Shown here one piece after another: positions 56,341 to 64,000 of a stretch of 64,000 bases of DNA. The position numbers were made by a program, and so were the translations under genes. The notes under the pieces were generated by a model, which saw nothing but the letters and a program-made list of their open reading frames with translations, was not told the origin of the DNA and did not search any database. Position 1 is the stretch's first letter, and every line of letters begins with the position of its first letter. The stretch comes from a virus: positions 1 to 64,000 of IMG/VR virus record IMGVR_UViG_3300027704_000015; one strand, 5' to 3'.

Positions 56341-56871
56341 ATGAGATGGTTAGTAATATTATTACTACCTTTTCAGTTATTAGCTCAAGAAACTTATAAT
56401 GATTGCGCAACTATTGAACCTCAATCATATCAAGTAAGCTATGAAGTTGATAAGATATACTACTGGTCAATCTCTAACGGAGAGGTAGTATCTACGTTTG
56501 ACAATACAATAACAGTACAATGGCCTGATACTGCAGGAGAGTACCTCATTTCAGTATATACTACTAGATTTGGATGTGAAGGAGATACCTCTAGCTATCA
56601 AGTGGTTATAAATGAATGTCCATACGCTACATTATTCTTTCCGAGCTCATTTACACCAAACAAGGATGGAATTAATGAAACATACTTTATAGGAGGTAAA
56701 TCAGCTGATAATATTGAGTATATTACGATATATAACAGGTGGGGTAATAGGGTATTTGAAGCTGATGGAAATATGCCATGGACGGGTGATGAATGTGCGG
56801 CTGGCGTTTATGTTGTTAGTGTATTTGTTAATAATAATAGGTTTACAAGAAAGGTTACTTTAATACGATGA
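56341..56871 (+). CDS. Secreted protein with T9SS type B (gliding motility-associated) C-terminal domain
   Basis: Start MRWLVILLLPF; LFFPSSFTPNKDGINETY...IYNRWGNRVF...VTLIR. Confidence 0.85.
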   Translation: MRWLVILLLPFQLLAQETYNDCATIEPQSYQVSYEVDKIYYWSISNGEVVSTFDNTITVQWPDTAGEYLISVYTTRFGCEGDTSSYQVVINECPYATLFFPSSFTPNKDGINETYFIGGKSADNIEYITIYNRWGNRVFEADGNMPWTGDECAAGVYVVSVFVNNNRFTRKVTLIR

Positions 56872-57434
56872 AAAAGTTACTATATATAATATGTTTATTG
56901 ATTAGTTTTAACGCAGGCGCTCAATGTATAACTGGTCAGACTTCTACTACTGTTCCTGCAGGACCTTATCAACCAGGGGATGTTGTTACTGTAACATATA
57001 CTTTAAATAATTTTACAGGAATATTCATTAATTGGATTCATGCATTTCAGATAAATTTATCCCCAGCTTGGATTAATTTAACACCTATAACCACTCCACT
57101 TAATCCAGCAGGATCTGCAGGGAATTGGGTATGGGATTTGCAGCATACATTTATAGGAGGATTGAACTTTGGACCAGGGTGGAGGTTTGATAATACAGGT
57201 AATGTAGATTGGGGAACTACCTCCACAGGTCCGTTCACAGTGAGTTTTACCGTTGAGGTGGGTCCAACATGTACCCCAGATGTTTTAACTATTGATATGC
57301 TAGTAATAGATGATTGCACAACTGGTGGTTGGACGGGAGGTGGAGGAGCTTGCTGTACTGATCCAGCATTTCAGGTATATAATGGAATTATACAAGTACC
57401 ACCTATTAATACATCACTAATAAACCATAACTAA
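56868..57434 (+). CDS. Secreted beta-rich Cys-containing protein
   Basis: Signal peptide AGA-QC; GPYQPGDVV. Confidence 0.65.
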   Translation: MKKLLYIICLLISFNAGAQCITGQTSTTVPAGPYQPGDVVTVTYTLNNFTGIFINWIHAFQINLSPAWINLTPITTPLNPAGSAGNWVWDLQHTFIGGLNFGPGWRFDNTGNVDWGTTSTGPFTVSFTVEVGPTCTPDVLTIDMLVIDDCTTGGWTGGGGACCTDPAFQVYNGIIQVPPINTSLINHN

Positions 57435-57466
57435 GTTGGTAGTTTAAAATACTTTTCGTATATTTA
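57434..57466 (+). promoter_or_regulatory. Bacteroidota-type promoter
   Basis: agTTG-N20-TATATTTA. Confidence 0.75.
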
Positions 57467-57553
57467 TATTAAATAACTTATTGATACTGCGGGTCAGCAA
57501 GTTATATTAAAACAATAATGTTTAATAATTAAAATTATCTAAGGAGATTTATT

Positions 57554-57967
57554 ATGGGAAATTTAACACCATTCGGCACATCGCCATTCGACGTCCTTTT
57601 CAAGGACTTTTTCAAGACAGATGTAGACTACCAGTTTGCAGATGCAACTAAACTAAACCATCCAGTAGACATATACGAGGCCAATGACGGTCTTAATATA
57701 GATATTGCTTGTGTTGGGTTAACTAAAAAGGATATTGAGCTCACTATTGAGGGAGATATTCTTCGAGTAGAATATAAAAAAGAAGCTGGCCATAACGGGG
57801 CAGAATACATTCAGAGAAACATTGCTAAACGAGCGTTCAACTTTGGATGGAGAATAAGCGGAAGATTTGATCTATCAAATTTACAAGCTAAACTAGAAAA
57901 TGGTTTACTAACTCTATTTGCACCAATTGCAGATGAGGCTAAACCTAAATCTATAACTATTAAGTAG
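57554..57967 (+). CDS. Small heat-shock protein (Hsp20/alpha-crystallin)
   Basis: PVDIYE, DIELTIEGDIL, AKLENGLLTL. Confidence 0.92.
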   Translation: MGNLTPFGTSPFDVLFKDFFKTDVDYQFADATKLNHPVDIYEANDGLNIDIACVGLTKKDIELTIEGDILRVEYKKEAGHNGAEYIQRNIAKRAFNFGWRISGRFDLSNLQAKLENGLLTLFAPIADEAKPKSITIK

Positions 57968-57975
57968 AGTCTATT

Positions 57976-58212
57976 ATGATGTTTGCAAGTAAGAGAAGGA
58001 GTTTATTAAAAACTATTAGTTGGAGGATCGTAGGGACCATAGATACAATGGCCTTAGGGTGGTTTATTACTGGTAGCCCTTTAGTAGGATTAAAAATAGG
58101 GGCATTAGAACTATTTACTAAGTTCATCTTATACTATTTTCATGAAAGAACTTGGATCAATTGCAAATACGGTATAGATTCTAAAGTTAAAAAGGTTATA
58201 GAAAAACAATAA
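57976..58212 (+). CDS. DUF2061 membrane protein
   Basis: RSLLKTISWRIVGT.DT...LYYFHER.W. Confidence 0.8.
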   Translation: MMFASKRRSLLKTISWRIVGTIDTMALGWFITGSPLVGLKIGALELFTKFILYYFHERTWINCKYGIDSKVKKVIEKQ

Positions 58213-58247
58213 AAAGCTGGCCCGCACGTCAATTTAAAAAATACATC

Positions 58248-58478
58248 ATGAATAGAAAAGTATGGAAGTATGAGGATGAATACTGGGTAATACATAGAAG
58301 TATACCTGAACATCAAATGTCACCAAAATCGTTAGGTTATAATTCTGATGATAAAAACAAAATGGTACGAGTTTGGGTAGAGTATCTACGTGATAATTGC
58401 AATAATATCGAGAAGGTTTTTAGTAAAGACGGTGTATTCTTATTCTGTGAGCAAATTAAATCTGCAGAATTAGTATAA
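58248..58478 (+). CDS. Hypothetical phage protein
   Basis: ORF. Confidence 0.5.
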   Translation: MNRKVWKYEDEYWVIHRSIPEHQMSPKSLGYNSDDKNKMVRVWVEYLRDNCNNIEKVFSKDGVFLFCEQIKSAELV

Positions 58479-58513
58479 AACAGTTGCTTTTACGATTTAT
58501 TTTAATTATATTC

Positions 58514-58621
<108 letters not shown>

Positions 58622-58645
58622 GATATTTATAATAAGAGGAATAAT

Positions 58646-58819
58646 ATGAAATATAAAGAACAAGTACAGTCAAGAGCGGAAGCAATCGTTAATTTATTAG
58701 AAACGTTAGAGCGTGGACTTCAAGCTAACGCTATAAGTAAATCAGAAGCAGTTAAGTTGGTTGCTAAATTAAGACGTCTAATTACTGAGATAGATAACTT
58801 CGCTGACCTCGAGGGGTAA
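58646..58819 (+). CDS. 57-aa helical protein
   Basis: GAGG upstream; MKYKEQVQSRAE... Confidence 0.55.
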   Translation: MKYKEQVQSRAEAIVNLLETLERGLQANAISKSEAVKLVAKLRRLITEIDNFADLEG

Positions 58820-58820
58820 A

Positions 58821-60152
58821 ATGCAGAAACACTTATTTCCAATTATAATTACGCTAAGTGCACTTGCCGTTTCAGGTAGTGCTGCATTCTATTCTGTTTA
58901 TGGATTAAGTAAGTTGTTTGCGGGAGCAAGCTTACAAGTTATGATTATGGCTGGTTCATTAGAGTTTGCAAAATTGGTTGTTGCATCTTTACTATACCAG
59001 TATTGGGACACAATAAATAAAGGTTTACGAGCATATCTATCTATAGCATGTCTTGTGTTAATACTAATAACATCAGGTGGTATATATGGATTCTTATCAG
59101 GCGCATATCAATCCACTGCTACTCAATCAGAGCTACTTGACAAATCCCTTATGATTCTAAATCAAAAACAGATTAGATTTGAGGAGCAGAAAGAGGATCT
59201 TAAGATAGAAAAGCAGGGATTATCTAAATCAATATCAGATCTAAGAGTCGCTCTATCTAATCCAGCGCAAGTGCAGTACATAGATAAGGAATCAGGTACG
59301 TTAATTACAACATCATCATCTTCAGCAAGAAGAGCTCTTCAAGGTGAACTATCTACAGCTACTAATAACAGAGATGTTATAAATTTAAAGATGGAAGCTG
59401 TAATGGATTCTATTAATAAAACAGATATGGCATTGCTAGATAAAGAGATATCTAATGAAGCTGAGAGTGAGCTAGGTCCTTTAAAATATTTAGCTGAAAT
59501 AACTGGTAAGGATATGGGAGTTGTTGTTAATTGGTTCTTATTATTAATTATATTTGTATTTGATCCTTTAGCTATAGCGTTAGTAGTAGCAGCTAATATG
59601 GCATTTGCACAAATAACTCCTAAAGTTACTATGTCTGTACCAGTCGGTAAAAAGTTTAACACACCCTACCCAGTACCTTTGAACATTGAGAACCCATCAA
59701 GTGAATTAAAAACTCGTGTTGCTAATAATCAAGCAAGATTAAAAGATCAAGAGTATAGTCAAGATAACTGGGATATTAAAGTGCATAGTTCAAGTTTAAA
59801 TCCGAACAGTTTATCTAGTAGTATTAAGGTTGAGAGAAAGGATCTAGTAATGGATGATCTTGAGACGAATATATCTAAACCGGAAAAGGTTGAAATTGGA
59901 TTAGATGCGTTGATCGATATACTGGAGGATGAAGAATTGCAACTACCAGAAAATTCTGTTACTGAGACTGATATACCCTTACCAGTTGAAAAAAATATTC
60001 CAGCTGCTGAGCAATCAAGCGAGCACACACTATACCATGGTGATTCAAAGCAAAAATCATTAAGTACTAACGATAAACGTAGAAAGCGTGTTATCAAACG
60101 ACCTAAACACAATCCAAACAAACCACATAACCCGAACCCTTATAAAGGATAA
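58821..60152 (+). CDS. Multi-TM coiled-coil membrane protein
   Basis: Three N-terminal TMs, long coiled coil, IIFVFDPLAIAL helix. Confidence 0.65.
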   Translation: MQKHLFPIIITLSALAVSGSAAFYSVYGLSKLFAGASLQVMIMAGSLEFAKLVVASLLYQYWDTINKGLRAYLSIACLVLILITSGGIYGFLSGAYQSTATQSELLDKSLMILNQKQIRFEEQKEDLKIEKQGLSKSISDLRVALSNPAQVQYIDKESGTLITTSSSSARRALQGELSTATNNRDVINLKMEAVMDSINKTDMALLDKEISNEAESELGPLKYLAEITGKDMGVVVNWFLLLIIFVFDPLAIALVVAANMAFAQITPKVTMSVPVGKKFNTPYPVPLNIENPSSELKTRVANNQARLKDQEYSQDNWDIKVHSSSLNPNSLSSSIKVERKDLVMDDLETNISKPEKVEIGLDALIDILEDEELQLPENSVTETDIPLPVEKNIPAAEQSSEHTLYHGDSKQKSLSTNDKRRKRVIKRPKHNPNKPHNPNPYKG

Positions 60153-60184
60153 GTTGGTTAACTTATTTTTTTTTCGTATATTTA
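60152..60184 (+). promoter_or_regulatory. Bacteroidota-type promoter
   Basis: agTTG-N20-TATATTTA. Confidence 0.75.
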
Positions 60185-60189
60185 ATTAT

Positions 60190-60696
60190 ATGGCAAAGAA
60201 AATAAAAACTGTTTACAATAGTTACACTGACGGTGGTGAACGATACATGATATGTCGTAATAGCATTGAGGGTGGTAGATGGTGGAAAGGTAACTTATGC
60301 GGAGAGTGGGTAAAGGTTAATGTAGATACAACTGCTACCCTTTGTCATAGATGTGTAAATAAAGTTACTGAGCCTCCTAAATTTACTCCCAGGTATGCCC
60401 CTACAGGTCGACCAAAAGGCTGGCAATGGATGACAGAGTTTGTAGATAAGGACGGTAAGGTTTATCATAAAGGTAAAGAGCAACCTGCTCTTGAAGGCAC
60501 ATTACCAGTAACTATAGTTGAGAAGGTTAGTAATAAAAAACGATTAACTAAGCGTGAACGAGAAACTCAACGAAGAAATGATGCATCAAAGATATATACT
60601 CTTAAGAAGAAATTAGCTAAAGCTAAATTTAAGAAAGATAGAAAGCCCTTGGAGGTGCAAATCCGGAAACTTACTAGAAAAATAAAAGTTAAATAA
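60190..60696 (+). CDS. Basic zinc-binding protein
   Basis: Start MAKKIK behind promoter; C..C..CHRC; GRPKGWQWM. Confidence 0.55.
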   Translation: MAKKIKTVYNSYTDGGERYMICRNSIEGGRWWKGNLCGEWVKVNVDTTATLCHRCVNKVTEPPKFTPRYAPTGRPKGWQWMTEFVDKDGKVYHKGKEQPALEGTLPVTIVEKVSNKKRLTKRERETQRRNDASKIYTLKKKLAKAKFKKDRKPLEVQIRKLTRKIKVK

Positions 60697-60733
60697 GTTT
60701 GTTTATTTAATTTTTTTTCGTATATTATACTAT

Positions 60734-60943
60734 ATGGATAAACTAATATACACTCGTGGTACTCATTCTAATGAAATACAGAAGGTTGAACTAGATGTTA
60801 ATGAAAATATAGACATACATGATTTTAAAAGAGTATGTAAGCAGCTAGCATGTGCATTAGGTTATGACGCATTGAGTGTTCAACAGGCTTTTGAAGGTAA
60901 AACATCACAAGTAGATAAATTAAAGCAAATTTTAAAAGGTTAA
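60734..60943 (+). CDS. Hypothetical phage protein
   Basis: ORF behind weak promoter copy 60697-60728. Confidence 0.5.
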   Translation: MDKLIYTRGTHSNEIQKVELDVNENIDIHDFKRVCKQLACALGYDALSVQQAFEGKTSQVDKLKQILKG

Positions 60944-60945
60944 AT

Positions 60946-61608
60946 ATGTCAAAGAATATATACGGTAATTACGAGGAGCAAGAAGAAGATTTGAATAAAA
61001 ACTCAAACGCATCTGACGAGGAAGTTTATTATGAAGATGAGCTTGAGAAAAAGCATCTCTATAAAGAGATAGAATTTGCAGTAGATGTAGAAGATAGTAT
61101 TATCTATATTATAGGTGAAATTGAAGATTTCGGTTTATATGATTTTATGGTTAGGTGTAGAGCTATATTGCGTAATCGTCAAGAGGGTGATGATTCACCA
61201 ATTAATGTAGTTATTGACTCTGTAGGTGGTGATGTGTATGAGATGTTCGGTATAATCGATTATATTGAAAGTCTGGAGAAAAACAGTAACATTAAAGTTA
61301 ATACAATATGTAGAGGTAAAGCAATGAGTGCAGGTGCAATGATACTAGCCAGTGGTACAGGTAAGAGATATGCTAGCAAGAGGTCAACAATAATGATACA
61401 TGAAGGTTCATCGATGCAAGCAGGTAAGTCATCAGATTTAAAAGCTGCACATAAATATAATTCACATCTAGAAGAAATGGCTAATGCATTATTAGGTGAG
61501 AAGACATCAAAAGATAAAAAATTCTGGTCTGAACAAACAAAAACTGACCTTTATTTATCCGCAAAAGATGCTCAAAAGTTGGGCGTTATAGACGGTATAA
61601 TTAATTAA
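60946..61608 (+). CDS. clpP: ATP-dependent Clp protease proteolytic subunit
   Basis: IDSVGGDV, AMSAG (Ser), IMIHE (His), DLYLSAKDA..LGVID (Asp). Confidence 0.88.
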   Translation: MSKNIYGNYEEQEEDLNKNSNASDEEVYYEDELEKKHLYKEIEFAVDVEDSIIYIIGEIEDFGLYDFMVRCRAILRNRQEGDDSPINVVIDSVGGDVYEMFGIIDYIESLEKNSNIKVNTICRGKAMSAGAMILASGTGKRYASKRSTIMIHEGSSMQAGKSSDLKAAHKYNSHLEEMANALLGEKTSKDKKFWSEQTKTDLYLSAKDAQKLGVIDGIIN

Positions 61609-61611
61609 TAT

Positions 61612-62433
61612 ATGAAATTAAACGAAAAACAAATTACAGGAAACTGGGCAGATTTAATTGGTCGTATTACACACCAATTTAGTGGTGAACGACAAGACAA
61701 GTTATTAGAAATGTATAACTACTTTGCAGATAGAATGATGTTCGCCCCTGCAAGCTCTAGGGAGCATTACCATAATTGTTTTCCAGGTGGTTACGTGGAT
61801 CATGTTTTACGTGTTATGGATTGTTCATTTGATCTATACAATTCCTGGATGATGCAAGGTGCTTACACTGACAACTACTCGGTTGAAGAGTTAATGTTTG
61901 CTGCATTAAATCATGATTTAGGTAAGATAGGTGATCTAGAGAATGATACCTACATACCCAACACGTCTGAATGGCATAGAAAGAACCAGGGAGCTCTGTA
62001 TACAGTAAATCCTAAAACTGAATTTAGTCTTGTTCCAGATAGAAGTTTATTTTTATTACAGCATTTTGGTATTAAATACTCTTGGAATGAGTTCTTAGGT
62101 ATACGGACGCATGATGGTATGTATGAAGAAGCTAATAAGCCATATCTAGTTAGTTTTAATCCTGACTCTAGATTACGTTCAAATTTACCTCTTATACTCC
62201 ATCAAGCTGATATGATGGCTTCTAGAGTAGAGTGGGAGCGATGGAAGTATGGTGAAAACGGGCTACAAGGTAATCGAACATTAACAGATGTATCTAAAGA
62301 CAAGATGATGGATCATGTAGTTAAGAAACCAGCAGCTGCACCGAAATCTGTCCCTAAAAAGAAACCAAATCCTGCTTCACAACTTAATACTGGAGCAGAT
62401 ACTAGTAAACTATTTGATGAGTTATTCAAATGA
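61612..62433 (+). CDS. HD-domain phosphohydrolase
   Basis: APAS...H...GGYVDH, LNHDLGK, H, HQAD. Confidence 0.85.
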   Translation: MKLNEKQITGNWADLIGRITHQFSGERQDKLLEMYNYFADRMMFAPASSREHYHNCFPGGYVDHVLRVMDCSFDLYNSWMMQGAYTDNYSVEELMFAALNHDLGKIGDLENDTYIPNTSEWHRKNQGALYTVNPKTEFSLVPDRSLFLLQHFGIKYSWNEFLGIRTHDGMYEEANKPYLVSFNPDSRLRSNLPLILHQADMMASRVEWERWKYGENGLQGNRTLTDVSKDKMMDHVVKKPAAAPKSVPKKKPNPASQLNTGADTSKLFDELFK

Positions 62434-62723
62434 TAATAGCAATAATAATTTTAAGCATAGCATTAATATGCTCACTGTATGCCAATTACAATATACTTAA
62501 GAAGTATGAGCGAGGTGAGGAATATATAACGAATTTAGAAACATGGTTTGTTCAATTCTCTAAAACTATCACTAACATGAACAAGGAAATGGAGAAGATA
62601 GATAAGAGAGGAGCATTTTCATCTGATGATGAAGTTGGATATTTCTTTAAAGAACTCAAATCTATTATTGGTAAAATAAACAACTTAGGAGATAATGATG
62701 AATCTAACTCAAACGAGCTCTAG
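62430..62723 (+). CDS. N-anchored coiled-coil protein
   Basis: TM helix; F.SDDEVG.FF. Confidence 0.55.
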   Translation: MIIAIIILSIALICSLYANYNILKKYERGEEYITNLETWFVQFSKTITNMNKEMEKIDKRGAFSSDDEVGYFFKELKSIIGKINNLGDNDESNSNEL

Positions 62724-63498
62724 CCTTTCACCTGTACAAGAATTTTATGAATGGTATGCAATTTTTGAAGCTGAACGTAAAGCTACAAAACAAAAAAAGC
62801 GCCGCGGGTACTTTTTTGAAGAAAACGAAAAAGCTATTATAGCGTATAATAATGAACCAGATTATCATCTACGTAATAAAGTTTACTCCCAGCATATTCA
62901 TAAACCCTTTATGAAGTTAGCTGAAAATATAATTCATACCTTTAAATTCTATTGTTTCGATGATTGCTATGCTGATGTACAAGCAGAAGTGGTAGCTTAT
63001 CTTATAGAAAAGATTGATAAATTTGATCCAACAAAAGGATCTAAAGCATACTCATACTTCAGTATAGTAGCTAAAAACTATTTAATTTATAATAATAATG
63101 AAAATTATAAAAAGATGAAACAGAAGACTGATCTAACTGTAGTAGATTTATCACGTAATATTACTAATGAAATAGTACGAGCTGAGTATGTAGAATCTAA
63201 AAAAGATTTTACCGATCTCATGGTAGAATTCTGGGATGATAATCTTAATGTTATATTTACGCGCAAGAAGGATATTAGGGTAGCTGCAGCAATAGCGGAA
63301 CTTTTTCGTCGACGAGACAATTTAGAGATTTATAATAAGAAAGCTCTATATATATTGATACGTGAGATGGCAGACGTAAAGACGCAATACATTACTAAAG
63401 TGGTGAATCAGATGAGAAAAATATATAATTATATGTGGGAGGAATATAATATTAAAGGAAAGCTTCCTGCATATGATCAAAACTCTAAATATTTCTAA
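62695..63498 (+). CDS. Phage sigma factor, T4 gp55-like (late transcription)
   Basis: KLAENII...KIDKFDPTKGSKAYSYFSIVAKNYL resembles sigma region 2. Confidence 0.7.
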   Translation: MMNLTQTSSSLSPVQEFYEWYAIFEAERKATKQKKRRGYFFEENEKAIIAYNNEPDYHLRNKVYSQHIHKPFMKLAENIIHTFKFYCFDDCYADVQAEVVAYLIEKIDKFDPTKGSKAYSYFSIVAKNYLIYNNNENYKKMKQKTDLTVVDLSRNITNEIVRAEYVESKKDFTDLMVEFWDDNLNVIFTRKKDIRVAAAIAELFRRRDNLEIYNKKALYILIREMADVKTQYITKVVNQMRKIYNYMWEEYNIKGKLPAYDQNSKYF

Positions 63499-63507
63499 TT
63501 ATTATAT

Positions 63508-63900
63508 ATGGATAAAGATAGTGAAATATTTAAAGGAAAGAGTTTTTCCGATATAGCTAAGGATTTATACGGTGCATCTAAGAAAAAAGAGTCACAAATA
63601 AACCTACTTATATCAGAATTAAAGCCGTTTGTGACTAACATCGGTGATGCAACATTAATAGTACCTTTAATAAAAGACTACCTTGAGGTAAGCGTAAAAA
63701 ATGATGATCAATTGGCTAAATTACTAGCAGTAGTTCAGCGATTAATTGGTAATAACGTGCAAGGTGAAGGCGATTTTGGTATCTCTGAAGAAGAGAAGCA
63801 GCAGCTTCTTGATGAACTGGAAGCTATCAACCATACTAATAAAAAGATCGACGACACAGTTAAGGGTATAAGCAATGGGCTACAAAAAAATAAGGAATAA
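63508..63900 (+). CDS. Hypothetical helical phage protein
   Basis: ORF following sigma gene. Confidence 0.55.
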   Translation: MDKDSEIFKGKSFSDIAKDLYGASKKKESQINLLISELKPFVTNIGDATLIVPLIKDYLEVSVKNDDQLAKLLAVVQRLIGNNVQGEGDFGISEEEKQQLLDELEAINHTNKKIDDTVKGISNGLQKNKE

Positions 63901-64000
63901 TAAAGCTAAGTTTTATAATCCGGTTGGTCCTCAGACACCGGTAACACCTCAAGATCTAGAGCATTCAGCTAATCTTCGCATTACTGAAATCAATACTGAG
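63875..64000 (+). CDS. 3'-truncated ORF
   Basis: MGYKKIRNNKAK... open to window end. Confidence 0.4.
   Translation, partial: MGYKKIRNNKAKFYNPVGPQTPVTPQDLEHSANLRITEINTE

Overview
AT-rich, gene-dense segment coded almost entirely on the + strand. It is best read as part of a large (jumbo-type) tailed phage of a Bacteroidota host: 21 copies of a Bacteroidota-type -33/-7 promoter, T9SS-tagged and beta-barrel proteins, and a T4 gp55-like sigma factor. Layout: 1-14.3 kb and 21.6-22.3 kb hold a family of probable internal-head proteins with shared ~10-16 aa leaders ending in Glu and internal EGKLTE-type linkers; 14.7-21.3 kb, 29-34 kb and 53-57 kb hold secreted/outer-membrane proteins; 24-28 kb tail-fibre-like genes and an M23 peptidase; 35-52 kb a promoter-rich, probably early region (MoxR AAA+, VWA, nucleotidase, UvsE, carbamoyltransferase, glycosyltransferase); 54-63.5 kb proteostasis and transcription genes (tmRNA, Hsp20, ClpP, HD protein, sigma). 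Strongest observations: (1) a complete circularly permuted (two-piece) tmRNA with tag GEHVEMAMAA and apparently no pk1; (2) a capsid-targeting-leader / protease-cleaved polyprotein system whose linkers are conserved 19-bp DNA repeats; (3) a ~215-nt multi-stem RNA behind its own promoter; (4) several phage-encoded T9SS substrates. All family assignments are by-eye motif recognition; no database search was run.
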